43,099 bases of DNA from an uncultured Candidatus Peribacteria bacterium (GTDB taxonomy: Bacteria > Patescibacteriota > Gracilibacteria > RBG-16-42-10). The notes under the pieces were generated by a model. It ran no database searches. It saw only the letters and a program-made list of their open reading frames with translations, and had not been told where the DNA came from. How positions within the stretch are numbered: the stretch's first letter is position 1; every line of letters starts with the position of its first letter. The stretch covers positions 62,001 to 105,099 of the forward strand of contig CAZERA010000004.1 in the NCBI GenBank assembly GCA_964514565.1, in the 5' to 3' direction. Below, one piece after another: positions 19,171-30,322 of the stretch. The position numbers and the translations under genes were made by a program.

Positions 19171-20880
19171 TTAATTGCTGCTACAGCTTGTGGCGGTTAC
19201 TGCTGAGCTAGTATTGCCTGAATTATTGCTGATAGCAATATTAGAGGTAGCATGACTAGAGATGAGACAAAGCCCATCTGAGCTTAGGCTATTATTATTG
19301 AATCGATTGGCACTAATCGTGATATCGTCGCTGCTTGCTTTTGGCGCGTTGCCAGCTCTGAATTCAATCAAGACACCGTGGTTGTTATTGAAGGTATTGT
19401 TTTGGATCTTTACATTGCTAGCATCATAGATTCCTAGAGCGCCATATTGATTGTTGGTCAAAGTGTTTTGTTCAAATCGGACATTGATTGCTTCGTACTG
19501 TCTACCACGTAGTAGTTCACTGTCAGTCCAGCCACCAATACCCCAGGCTGGGTCCCCTGCTCCGCTGCGTTGGCCACTGATAGTGTTGCCAGTAATTACT
19601 ACATTTGTACTGCCGCCTTTGACATAACCAGCTAGATTGCCAAAGTCGGTCATCATATTGTCTCTGATCGCACTATCATCTGTATCGACAAAGTCGATCA
19701 ATTCTTGCCAACAGTTTTCTTCTGGACAGCCTGGTCGAGCTCCTGAGCGAGCGAGTTCGTTGTTTTGGACGATGATGTGATTGGATTGGTTTACTTTAAT
19801 CACATCGCCATCGCTACCAGCATCATGGGACTTGATATTTTGGAGGGTAATATTGTTGGCATTTTGGACATGGATATTATTGTCTCCCATGCCGTATACT
19901 TCTAATCCGTCTATCACGATATATGCAGCATTGTCTCCTATGTTGATACCTTCCTCAGGGGAGCCCGTTAGTTTTGCACTATATTTGTCACCCGCGGAAC
20001 GGATAATGATAGGATTATTGGCTGTGCCTTGTTTGTCTATCCAGAGCTGATGTGACAGTCGATAGATACCTGCTGCCAAGATAATTTCGTCTCCTGGCTC
20101 AGCATTGCCGATTGCCGCTCGTAGGTCAGCTTCAGTACTCACTGCTACTTGATGTGAGCCATGAGGTGAATTGATAGTAGGCAGGGTGAAGCTGCCTGTG
20201 TCCCCTACTGTTTGTGTCTGTTGTGGGGTAGGCGTCGGTATAGTAGATGGTAATGAGCTGGCTGTATCCATGATGTGACTGATCACCTTGCTCATCTCTG
20301 CTCTGGTCAATAAACCATTGGGACGGAATGTTCCATCTGAATACCCATTTACTAGTTCTAATCTAGTCGCTGTGGCTACATAACTGCTATACCACGCTGC
20401 TTTGTCCACATCTTTGAAATTGCTGATGCCACTAACATTGATACTGTAAACTAGAAAAAGTATTTTCAAAGCTTCAGCTCTAGTTACTGGTTGATTTGGT
20501 AAGAACTTTTTACCTTGCGCACAGCTATCACTGATACCATTGATTCCTTTGCTTGCCAGCAAGGCGGCAAATTCATGGGCCCAGTCGCTAGTAGGGATAT
20601 CACAAAATACTTTGTCAGTACTGACCATTGCAACGGGCAATTTGCCTTTGTACTGAGCTGACTTTATCGCCATCTTTGCTAGCTCAGCTCGAGTGATCGA
20701 ACGATTGGGATAGAAGTTGCTTACTTGAGTATTGATGATGTCTCCAGCATCCAGCTGATCAACATATTCCGCAAACCAATCTTGATTGCGCACATCTTGG
20801 AAATTGTGTGCTTGTACCAGGGCTACTGGCAAGCTCAAAAAGACCAACAAACCACTCAGTAGTTTTTTAGGTAGCTTCAT
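19171..20880 (-). CDS. Secreted SLH-domain protein with right-handed parallel beta-helix (pectin-lyase-like) domain
   Basis: Signal peptide; three SLH repeats (TRAEL/TRAEA/TRAEM); PT linker; AEPGDEIILAAGIY followed by Asn-rich beta-helix repeats. Confidence 0.85.
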   Translation of the reverse strand: MKLPKKLLSGLLVFLSLPVALVQAHNFQDVRNQDWFAEYVDQLDAGDIINTQVSNFYPNRSITRAELAKMAIKSAQYKGKLPVAMVSTDKVFCDIPTSDWAHEFAALLASKGINGISDSCAQGKKFLPNQPVTRAEALKILFLVYSINVSGISNFKDVDKAAWYSSYVATATRLELVNGYSDGTFRPNGLLTRAEMSKVISHIMDTASSLPSTIPTPTPQQTQTVGDTGSFTLPTINSPHGSHQVAVSTEADLRAAIGNAEPGDEIILAAGIYRLSHQLWIDKQGTANNPIIIRSAGDKYSAKLTGSPEEGINIGDNAAYIVIDGLEVYGMGDNNIHVQNANNITLQNIKSHDAGSDGDVIKVNQSNHIIVQNNELARSGARPGCPEENCWQELIDFVDTDDSAIRDNMMTDFGNLAGYVKGGSTNVVITGNTISGQRSGAGDPAWGIGGWTDSELLRGRQYEAINVRFEQNTLTNNQYGALGIYDASNVKIQNNTFNNNHGVLIEFRAGNAPKASSDDITISANRFNNNSLSSDGLCLISSHATSNIAISNNSGNTSSAVTATSCSSN

Positions 20881-20949
20881 AAATAGAATAGGTTACATCA
20901 GATCGATTGTACCTATTAGTTTGGATCTTGAGAATATATTGGTCTTCAC

Positions 20950-20987
20950 AAAAAATACTCATACTATTTTGCCATATAAAGTATGAG
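20950..20987 (-). terminator. Terminator after tRNA-Gln
   Basis: ctcatac/gtatgag stem followed on the minus strand by a T-tract. Confidence 0.5.
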
Positions 20988-20989
20988 AT

Positions 20990-21063
20990 TGGTTCGGGGA
21001 TAGGGACTCGAACCCCAACTCACAGCTCCAAAGGCTGTTGTCCTACCATTAGACGATCCCCGA
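20990..21063 (-). tRNA. tRNA-Gln (anticodon UUG)
   Basis: Cloverleaf with anticodon arm acagc-ct TTG ga-gctgt, U1-A72 pair, encoded CCA. Confidence 0.95.
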
Positions 21064-21201
21064 TTGGAAATTGCACGCGCATTTTATAGCATGGTTATTG
21101 GAAAGTGGAAAGCTGTCGGTGCTAAGTTGTCACTTTTTGGGTCAGATGTTGGCTGGTTTTATTTAAAATCTGTTACATTGTAGGCGTTGTAAAGTGTCGC
21201 T

Positions 21202-21882
21202 ATGTATTCTCAGACTTGGACCGGTATTGTTTTGAAAGTTATGAATTATGGTGAAGCAGATAAGATTGTGACTGTCTTTACCAAAGAAGCGGGTAAAGTG
21301 AACTTTATGGCTCGTGGTGTGCGAAAAGCTACTAGCAAGTATGGTGGCATTATTGACCACTTTGTGGAAGGCCAATTTGAAGTCACTCGGAAGGTACAGC
21401 TACCTACCTTGATTCAAGCCAATACTTTGACTTGGTTTCCTTACCTTCGTCACTCCCTCACGCATTGGCAATATGCTGAGCGTGTAGCCAAGGCAGTCCT
21501 GCGGGCGACGTCAGACAATGATGAAAATTTAGAAGTATATTATCTGCTGCAGCAATTCCTTGTGTCGGCTGAGCACTATGCCAATCCCCAAAGTCTCTGG
21601 CTATGGTTTTTATACAAATTACTTTTCCTGACTGGTTTCGGTATCTCTACTGAAATTTGTCAGTCTTGTAAGGAGGAGCTGGAGGATGTGGCTGAGCATG
21701 CAACCAATTATGAAGGCTTTCTGTGTACCAATTGTTCTTCGAATCGCAATGCCGATGATCAATTGGTCTATCAATATTTACATGCTCTTACTCTTGCTAA
21801 TTCACCTCTGCAAGATGCTGCTCACGGCGAATTAGTGCAGAGCTTTTTAGAGCTTGCTTTCAAATACCATCTACTTGGATAA
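21202..21882 (+). CDS. recO: DNA repair protein RecO
   Basis: GIVLK..YGEADKIVTVFT..GKV..ARGVRK..SK N-terminus; CxxC...CxxC zinc finger. Confidence 0.92.
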   Translation: MYSQTWTGIVLKVMNYGEADKIVTVFTKEAGKVNFMARGVRKATSKYGGIIDHFVEGQFEVTRKVQLPTLIQANTLTWFPYLRHSLTHWQYAERVAKAVLRATSDNDENLEVYYLLQQFLVSAEHYANPQSLWLWFLYKLLFLTGFGISTEICQSCKEELEDVAEHATNYEGFLCTNCSSNRNADDQLVYQYLHALTLANSPLQDAAHGELVQSFLELAFKYHLLG

Positions 21883-22485
21883 GTTTAATGGTTCTTGATT
21901 ATAGGTGCGAAGCCAAGTATGTAGTGCAGTTTCAATTCTTTCTCTTTGAGAATTACGAATTGCTACTGATGAAACTTCAAAACAAACAGCAACAAGCGCT
22001 TTAAGGGCAACTGCGACTTCGTTGCTATCATGCCCATTTTTCGCAATAAGGTAAACTATAATAGCGGTAGTAAAAGGTATTAGTAAGCTGCTTTCAGGTG
22101 CGATACTAGTATCATTAACATCTAAGTTATTTTTTCTAAGAAAGTCTTGTGATTTTGAAAAAGTCTCAATCAAGTTGCGGGTTCCAGCTATCTCTCGATG
22201 GAAAATAAAATTAGACACTAGCCGCGACATGACTAAAAAAGCGCTTGGTTGTAGTATTTCTGTAGTGTAGCGTAATTCTTGATATAAATATGGACCGTAC
22301 CAAGCTAGGGAGGTAACAAGTAATGCTATATTTGAACGCTTACATGTAGATAGCAAGTTCTTACAGGTCTCCCATCGTTCACGAGCGATTTGGCCTGGTA
22401 TTTGGCGTGCTGCCTTCTCAGGAGGCGGTAGGTCAATTTCAATATTCAATCCGTTGTGATGATTTAGCGCTAGGTCAGAAGGCAT
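21871..22485 (-). CDS. Hypothetical membrane protein
   Basis: 204-aa ORF with several hydrophobic segments; no recognised motif. Confidence 0.55.
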   Translation of the reverse strand: MPSDLALNHHNGLNIEIDLPPPEKAARQIPGQIARERWETCKNLLSTCKRSNIALLVTSLAWYGPYLYQELRYTTEILQPSAFLVMSRLVSNFIFHREIAGTRNLIETFSKSQDFLRKNNLDVNDTSIAPESSLLIPFTTAIIVYLIAKNGHDSNEVAVALKALVAVCFEVSSVAIRNSQRERIETALHTWLRTYNQEPLNLSK

Positions 22486-22621
22486 ATCTTTTTTGTGAAT
22501 AATTATCTAACCAGTTTATTGTTTATTAGTCAATTGATGCCATTTTGTAATGAATTACTATTATGCAATTTAGTGCTTCATTATAGTTCTGTTTTATGCT
22601 AGATTCCTTTCGTATAAATAG

Positions 22622-24565
<1,944 letters not shown>

Positions 24566-24571
24566 GGTTAG

Positions 24572-24611
24572 GTCATCCCGCGCATGCGGGACGAGATCAG
24601 AGAGCAGAGGT
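24572..24611. repeat. GC-rich palindrome followed by a heptamer repeat
   Basis: gtca-tcccgc-gcat-gcggga then agatcag agagcag aggt; a 15-mer is shared with 28885-28899. Confidence 0.5.
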
Positions 24612-24621
24612 TTTATTTGGT

Positions 24622-24660
24622 TCCCTCATTCTACCTAATAGTGGAATGAGGGACTTTTTT
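24622..24660 (+). terminator. Intrinsic terminator after gyrB
   Basis: tccctcattctac/gtggaatgaggga stem followed by a T-run. Confidence 0.75.
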
Positions 24661-24682
24661 CTTGTTCACCGGTGATGGTTGG

Positions 24683-25366
24683 CTAGTCTGTTAAGGCTGC
24701 TTTGATTAGTGCTTGGACTTCTTGGTCTGGAATACCGGAGAGATTGAAGCGATTTTTTAGTAGATCATCCACATTTCGATAGCACCTTCTGAGGTATTTT
24801 AGCGCTGCTATTAATCCTTCTTTATCTGTAGTTTGTTTTCTTAGATATGGTTTGAGCAGGTCGTAAACAACATGCGGTTCACAGACTGTTTGTAATATGT
24901 CAGGAATTTTTCCCACATAAGCTTCAATAGTTTCTTTAGCATCTCTAATTGCGGCAATAGTACGATGCATACCGTCGAATACTTTTAGTTTGTGGTCATG
25001 GTTTTGAATCAAAATAGGATGATCATGCCACTTTGCTTGTTTGAAAAGTACTTTAGCATTGGGGTCTGACTGGAAAAACTGGCGTAATTTTTGTGGTGAT
25101 CGCTGGCACCCGTCAATCACGATTTTGTTCCAAGCAGTACTGGTACCTGTTAAGTACAAATCATCGACTTTAACTATTTCTTTTGTCCATTGGACGCTAG
25201 GATCAGTAATGAAATCAGCTACCCAGTTTAGCTCTGCTCCACTGTAAGTGATCAATTGGTCTAATGCTTGATGTGTACGTTTAAATCTCGCTTCTTCGTG
25301 ATGGAGTAAATCTAACAAATAGGCTTGGTCAGGAAAATTGGTAGTCAGTGGATACTGGTAGGACAT
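24683..25366 (-). CDS. ParB/Srx-like domain protein
   Basis: PILI...KVFDGMHRTIAA...TIEAYV motif. Confidence 0.65.
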   Translation of the reverse strand: MSYQYPLTTNFPDQAYLLDLLHHEEARFKRTHQALDQLITYSGAELNWVADFITDPSVQWTKEIVKVDDLYLTGTSTAWNKIVIDGCQRSPQKLRQFFQSDPNAKVLFKQAKWHDHPILIQNHDHKLKVFDGMHRTIAAIRDAKETIEAYVGKIPDILQTVCEPHVVYDLLKPYLRKQTTDKEGLIAALKYLRRCYRNVDDLLKNRFNLSGIPDQEVQALIKAALTD

Positions 25367-26170
25367 TTACAAAGATTTTAGTTGGTCACTTACTTTTGAC
25401 CGCAATTCTTCATCCAGATCTGAAGTGACTCGATTGAAAAATTCATATTGTCCTGGTTCTGAGGTTTTGATTAAGCGGCCAATAGTTTGTGAGATTGCAT
25501 CTAAACTAGCCGGGCTTGGGTCTATCCGTTTTACGAAGCTGACTAAGTCCATCAAGATCGGGGTGGGGAGCCATATATTAAATATTGCTGGTTCTTTGAC
25601 TACTTTGCCTACTGCAGCATAAATAGTTGATTTCCCAAGTAGTAAGGCTGTCCAGCTGCGACGGTTGCCATCGATGATTTCAAATCTTTGTTCTTTTCCA
25701 GCAATAATAATTGCTTCTTCGTCGCGCATCACCATAGTGCTTGCCATGGTATGTAAGGTTTCTAGGTCGTTTATCTTTTGTACTTTGCCTTTCTCAGTGT
25801 CCTCATAAAATCTTCTTACAGTTACCATACTTGGATGTTTTCCCAGCTGTTCAAGCTCTTTAAATGTAGCAGTAACAACCAATGAGTCTAAAGGGATCTC
25901 TTGATAAGACCACTCTATGTTTTGTGATGTTAGACGGGCAACAATATTTTTCAGTTTAAACCCTCTAGATATGCCATCTACTCCATTCCAAAAATCTCTA
26001 ACTGGAAATAGATTGGGACTTTTATCAAACCAGTTTTCTATATCATTGTTAATTAAATTCCACGTTTTAGGATCTTGGATGCTGGGAAAGAGTTTATGAA
26101 ACTCATGGTTCAAATAACTTTGCGCAATTTCTACCCTTATTTTCTCGTAGATATGCGGTGGGTAAATCAT
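25367..26170 (-). CDS. ParB/Srx-like domain protein
   Basis: AIII...EIIDGNRRSWTA...TIYAAV motif. Confidence 0.65.
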   Translation of the reverse strand: MIYPPHIYEKIRVEIAQSYLNHEFHKLFPSIQDPKTWNLINNDIENWFDKSPNLFPVRDFWNGVDGISRGFKLKNIVARLTSQNIEWSYQEIPLDSLVVTATFKELEQLGKHPSMVTVRRFYEDTEKGKVQKINDLETLHTMASTMVMRDEEAIIIAGKEQRFEIIDGNRRSWTALLLGKSTIYAAVGKVVKEPAIFNIWLPTPILMDLVSFVKRIDPSPASLDAISQTIGRLIKTSEPGQYEFFNRVTSDLDEELRSKVSDQLKSL

Positions 26171-26191
26171 GGCAAAGTTATTGAATAATGA

Positions 26192-27568
26192 TTAGAAGCC
26201 TAATTTTTCTTTTAAGTAGTTACCAACTTGATCGAGTGCGATACGTTCTTGCACCATGCTGTCACGTTCGCGGATAGTTACTTTATTGTCTGTTGCTGTT
26301 TCGAAGTCCACAGTCACACAGTATGGTGTACCAATCTCATCTTGGCGACGATAGCGTTTACCAATTGATTGGGTCTCATCATAGTCAGTGCGATAGAGTT
26401 TGCGTAGTTCTGCTGCCAAAGGTTCAGCATACTTAGTAATTTCCTCTTTTTTAGAAAGTGGCAATACTGCTACTTTGACTGGTGCTAGGCGAGGATGAAA
26501 TTTGAGCACCACTCTGACTTCACCATTTACCTCTTCTTCATTGTAAGCATCAGTAAGCACTGCAAGAACAGTACGGTCAACTCCAACCGCTGTTTCTACA
26601 ATATGTGGTAGATAACGTTCGTTGGTGATTGGATCAAGATAAGAAAGATCCTTACCTGAATGAGTGCTGTGTTGTGTCAGGTCATAGTTTCCCCGAGCGT
26701 GAATACCTTCTAGTTCTTTGAAACCAAAAGGATAGCGATATTCGATGTCATAAGCTTCCTTGGCATAGAATACTAAGTTCTCATGCTTGTGCCACTGTAG
26801 ATTTTCTTCTTTGATACCAAGATCGAGATAATACTGCCAACGAATCCCCTTCCATTTATTGTATTGCTCCATCGCATCATCAGGATGGACAAAGAATTGC
26901 ATTTCCATTTGCTCAAACTCACGTTTACGGAAGATGAACTGACGCGCTGTAATTTCATTACGAAAAGCTTTACCAACTTGGGCAATACCAAATGGTACAC
27001 GCATACGAGAGCTATCGAGTACGTTTTTGAAATTTACATAAATACCCTGACATGTTTCACCACGGAGGTAAGTTGGCTCTTTATCCCAATCTCCAGTGAA
27101 ATTACCGAGGTTGCTTTTTACTAACAAATTGAATTTCTTTACTTCACTAAATTGATGCTTGCCACATTTGGGACAGCTAATCTTGCTCATATAGTCCATG
27201 AAGAGCTGATTGATTGCTTCCTCACTCATTTTTTCATCAGCAAATACTCCTGCTTCTTCTAATAAGTGATCAACACGAGAGCGCACATGACAATTTTTAC
27301 ATTCAGTCAGCGGATCAGCAAATCCCTTGACGTGACCACTAGCCTCCCAAATCTTTGGATGCATAAAGATACTAGAGTCGAGTCCCACCATATCAGCACG
27401 ATATTGCACCATGCTACGCCACCAAGCTGCCTTGACGTTATTAGCAAGCTCTACCCCATATGGACCGTAATCATAAACGGCAGCGAACCCACCGTAAATT
27501 TCAGATGAAGGAAAAATAAAACCACGGCGTTTGCAGAGGGAGACCAGTTGTTCCAGAGTAAGAGTCAT
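26192..27568 (-). CDS. glyQS: Glycine--tRNA ligase, homodimeric (alpha2) type
   Basis: KRRGFIFPSSEIYGG, LRGETCQG, GKAFRNEI, REFEQME; anticodon domain SIGKRYRRQDEIGTP. Confidence 0.96.
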   Translation of the reverse strand: MTLTLEQLVSLCKRRGFIFPSSEIYGGFAAVYDYGPYGVELANNVKAAWWRSMVQYRADMVGLDSSIFMHPKIWEASGHVKGFADPLTECKNCHVRSRVDHLLEEAGVFADEKMSEEAINQLFMDYMSKISCPKCGKHQFSEVKKFNLLVKSNLGNFTGDWDKEPTYLRGETCQGIYVNFKNVLDSSRMRVPFGIAQVGKAFRNEITARQFIFRKREFEQMEMQFFVHPDDAMEQYNKWKGIRWQYYLDLGIKEENLQWHKHENLVFYAKEAYDIEYRYPFGFKELEGIHARGNYDLTQHSTHSGKDLSYLDPITNERYLPHIVETAVGVDRTVLAVLTDAYNEEEVNGEVRVVLKFHPRLAPVKVAVLPLSKKEEITKYAEPLAAELRKLYRTDYDETQSIGKRYRRQDEIGTPYCVTVDFETATDNKVTIRERDSMVQERIALDQVGNYLKEKLGF

Positions 27569-27720
27569 AAAATGGAAGGAATTGAAATCAATTTGAGTGT
27601 ACTAGAAACAGCTTTTTCAGGCAAAATTGTTTTTGACGATATCTGAAAGCCATTGATATTGTTTATACACAGTCAATCTCCCTATGGTGAGAGCGATATT
27701 GGTGGTAGTGTGTAAAACTT

Positions 27721-27762
27721 TAATTTTAAATCTAAAATCTAGAATTTAAAACTCTAAATTAA
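27721..27762. repeat. Degenerate heptamer tandem repeat
   Basis: taatttt aaatcta aaatcta gaattta aaactct aaattaa. Confidence 0.45.
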
Positions 27763-27766
27763 ATGC

Positions 27767-27806
27767 AAAAAAAAGAAGCACCACCTTTGCAAGTAGTACT
27801 TCTTTT
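27767..27806 (-). terminator. Terminator of the rplY-DUF3467 operon
   Basis: aaaagaag/cttctttt stem with an A-run that reads as a T-tract on the minus strand. Confidence 0.55.
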
Positions 27807-27824
27807 AAACTGGTCGTTGGAATA

Positions 27825-28112
27825 TTAATTCTTTTCTTCCTTGTTGCGATTACGGAAATCTAGTAAAGCATTTTGGAATACTCCCAAAAATTGTTCCGCT
27901 GTGACATGACTCATGTTTACACGAGCTTGTACTTTGATCGTGGTTGGATTTACACCAGGAAGGATAAAGCCAAAATCTATTAGTACGTCATTTTCTTTGA
28001 CACTGACTGAAGCTGCATTTGCGTATACACCAGCTTGCATTTCATCTTTGATTTGTACATTGATGACGTTTTGGTTCTGATTGTTTTGTGCTTGAGTATT
28101 TTGGTCAGCCAT
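27825..28112 (-). CDS. DUF3467 family protein
   Basis: GVYAN....IDF....ARV.MS pattern; start set at MADQN (28112). Confidence 0.75.
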   Translation of the reverse strand: MADQNTQAQNNQNQNVINVQIKDEMQAGVYANAASVSVKENDVLIDFGFILPGVNPTTIKVQARVNMSHVTAEQFLGVFQNALLDFRNRNKEEKN

Positions 28113-28137
28113 AGCAATAGTGTTAGTAAAACTACAA

Positions 28138-28812
28138 TTATTCTGCTTTCTTTTCTTCTTTACCCGCTTCAGCACCTTCAGCAGGAGCAGCACCATCAGC
28201 AGGTGTTTCACCAGCGACTGCAGCAGCTGCTACTGGAGCAGTATCAATCTTCATTTCACGAGGCAAAATAGACTGAGCGATCATTGTTTCAGGATCTTCT
28301 TTGAGTTCTACATTTGCAGGGATCACTAGATCACGAGCATGTACCATATCATCAATTTCTACCAATTTAGATAGATCTACATCGATAGCATGTGGCAAGT
28401 CACCAGGGAGACAACTTACTTCTACATCTTCTTTACCATGAACCACGATAGCTGAGAGTGAACGTACAGCTGGAGATTCACCGACAAAGTTGAGCGGTAC
28501 AAGTGTAGTAAGTTTTTCATTCATACGTACCTTGTAGAAATCAGCATGACGAGGAGCATCTGTGACTGGATCATAATCTACGTGGTAGATAATGGTTTTG
28601 ATGGTTTTGCCATCAACTTCCAAATCAATAATTGTGTTTGTACCAGCATCACGGAAAATGCGAGTAAAATCCTTTGTATTGACCTGAATATGATCGGTTT
28701 TGCTACCGTGACCATAAACTACGCCAGGGATGATGCCCTGTGCGCGGAGGCGTTTTACATTCTTACCAAAAGTTGTGCGTCCTTCTGACGCGAGTGAAAT
28801 AGTAGTACCCAT
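28138..28812 (-). CDS. rplY: 50S ribosomal protein L25 / Ctc
   Basis: LRAQGIIPGVVYG, HADFY, VPLNFVGE; acidic Ala-rich tail. Confidence 0.95.
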   Translation of the reverse strand: MGTTISLASEGRTTFGKNVKRLRAQGIIPGVVYGHGSKTDHIQVNTKDFTRIFRDAGTNTIIDLEVDGKTIKTIIYHVDYDPVTDAPRHADFYKVRMNEKLTTLVPLNFVGESPAVRSLSAIVVHGKEDVEVSCLPGDLPHAIDVDLSKLVEIDDMVHARDLVIPANVELKEDPETMIAQSILPREMKIDTAPVAAAAVAGETPADGAAPAEGAEAGKEEKKAE

Positions 28813-28874
28813 ATTTTCTCAAAAATAAGCGATGGCATACTACTGTATAAGTTTGCAAACTGCAAATCCACATG

Positions 28875-28909
28875 AGAGCAGAGGTCAGAGAGCAGAGGTC
28901 AGAGATTTT
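28875..28909. repeat. Heptamer tandem repeat (agagcag aggtcag)x2
   Basis: agagcag aggtcag agagcag aggtcag agatttt. Confidence 0.6.
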
Positions 28910-28927
28910 TGAATTAATCCAGCTGCT

Positions 28928-29740
28928 CTATTTATTTTTGATGAGTGCTTTTTTTATCAACCATTGCAGTAGGTTTTCTCCTAGGATTTTTCTTGCCCAG
29001 ATCATCATTTTTGCATCTTTTCCGACTGGGTATCTTAGCTTTGATTTTTGGTCGGTGGCAGCTTGGTAGATTATTTGTGCTACTTGTTCTGGTTCTATCC
29101 CCTTTCCTGTACCCATGTGACTATCTGTGTATTGATAGAGCTCAGTGTATTCGGGTGAACTGCTCATGTCGGTAGTCTTGAGTGAAGGACCGAAGAAGTT
29201 TGTTTCTACTACACCTGGCTCTACTAGTTTTACTTTGATATTGAAAGGAGCTACTTCGTATTGGAGAGCCTCACTGAAACCTTCTACCGCCCACTTGGTA
29301 GCGTTGTAGCAGCTATAAAAAGGAAAGCTTACTTTTCCAGCTACGGAAGAAATATTTACAATCGTGCCTATTTTATTGTTTCTCATATGAGGTAGGACCT
29401 CTTTGGTTAGTGCCATTAGGCCAGTTACGTTGGTGTTCATTTGGGTGCTGATTTGTTCAGTGGTAGCACATTCAAATGCGCCTATTAGTCCGTATCCTGC
29501 GTTATTTACTAATACATCAATAGTGCCATATTGCTTAATTAACTGATTGATAGTTTCTGGTATCTTATCGAGTGCAGTTACATCCAATGCTACACAATCA
29601 ACATGTGCTAGCGTGCTCAACTCCGTGTCGTTCTTTGGATCTCTCATGGTAGCAATTACTTGCCATCCTTTTGCTTGGAACAGTTTAACAGTTGCTTTGC
29701 CAATACCACTTGAACTGCCGGTTACTAGTACAGTTTTCAT
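28928..29740 (-). CDS. SDR family oxidoreductase
   Basis: TGSSSGIG, NNAG and YxxxK (YNATK) motifs. Confidence 0.93.
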   Translation of the reverse strand: MKTVLVTGSSSGIGKATVKLFQAKGWQVIATMRDPKNDTELSTLAHVDCVALDVTALDKIPETINQLIKQYGTIDVLVNNAGYGLIGAFECATTEQISTQMNTNVTGLMALTKEVLPHMRNNKIGTIVNISSVAGKVSFPFYSCYNATKWAVEGFSEALQYEVAPFNIKVKLVEPGVVETNFFGPSLKTTDMSSSPEYTELYQYTDSHMGTGKGIEPEQVAQIIYQAATDQKSKLRYPVGKDAKMMIWARKILGENLLQWLIKKALIKNK

Positions 29741-29761
29741 AAAGTTTTAATTTAATAAAAG

Positions 29762-30322
29762 TTAACTCACTTGTTTAAAATCTATTGCGTGCAGTTCTTT
29801 GCGGAGGGATTGATAATGGGGAAATGATTTCGCTACTAAATTCCAGAATCTTGATGAATGATTGAGCTCAGCTAAATGACAAAGTTCATGGACTACTAGA
29901 TAGGCTGCCAAGTGAGCTGGAAGAGCAATAATGCGATAGTTAAAGTTGAGGTTTCTTTTTACTGAGCAGCTCCCCCATTTACTCTGGAGATCTTTAATTG
30001 TAATCCGCTTGTACTGGTAAGGATAGAGATAGCTGTATTGTTCGATCAGGCTAAGTACCAGTATTTTCGCTGCTCTTTTGGTGTCATCGCTAAAAGGTAG
30101 CTCCGGTAAAATGAATTTATCTTTTTGGTCTGCCAGTCGTTTACTGATCCACTTCTTTTGGGATTCTACGAAGTCAGTAATGTCTCGAATGGATATACCG
30201 ACTGGAGCAGTGACTACAAAATCATGCGTGCGATACTGAAGCTTGATACTTCGGCGGTAAGCTTGGCGCTTGATAAGAATAGTGATTGATTGATTGTCGA
30301 CCGTAAGCTCAATCTGACTCAT
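29762..30322 (-). CDS. YgjP/DUF45-like metallopeptidase-fold protein
   Basis: SKWGSCS and VVHELCHL..NHS.RFW; start at the ATGA overlap with the upstream gene. Confidence 0.88.
   Translation of the reverse strand: MSQIELTVDNQSITILIKRQAYRRSIKLQYRTHDFVVTAPVGISIRDITDFVESQKKWISKRLADQKDKFILPELPFSDDTKRAAKILVLSLIEQYSYLYPYQYKRITIKDLQSKWGSCSVKRNLNFNYRIIALPAHLAAYLVVHELCHLAELNHSSRFWNLVAKSFPHYQSLRKELHAIDFKQVS

Noticed and set aside
20786..21089. Short plus-strand ORFs
   Set aside because: Antisense to the SLH gene start and tRNA-Gln
24683..26170. Chromosome partition locus (parABS)
   Set aside because: No ParA, no evident HTH domain, and no parS-like palindrome noticed
28113..28211. N-terminal extension of the DUF3467 ORF overlapping rplY
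   Set aside because: ATG at 28112 gives a non-overlapping gene of plausible size
28872..29069. ORF starting MRAEVREQRSE
   Set aside because: Translation of the heptamer repeat, mostly antisense to the SDR gene
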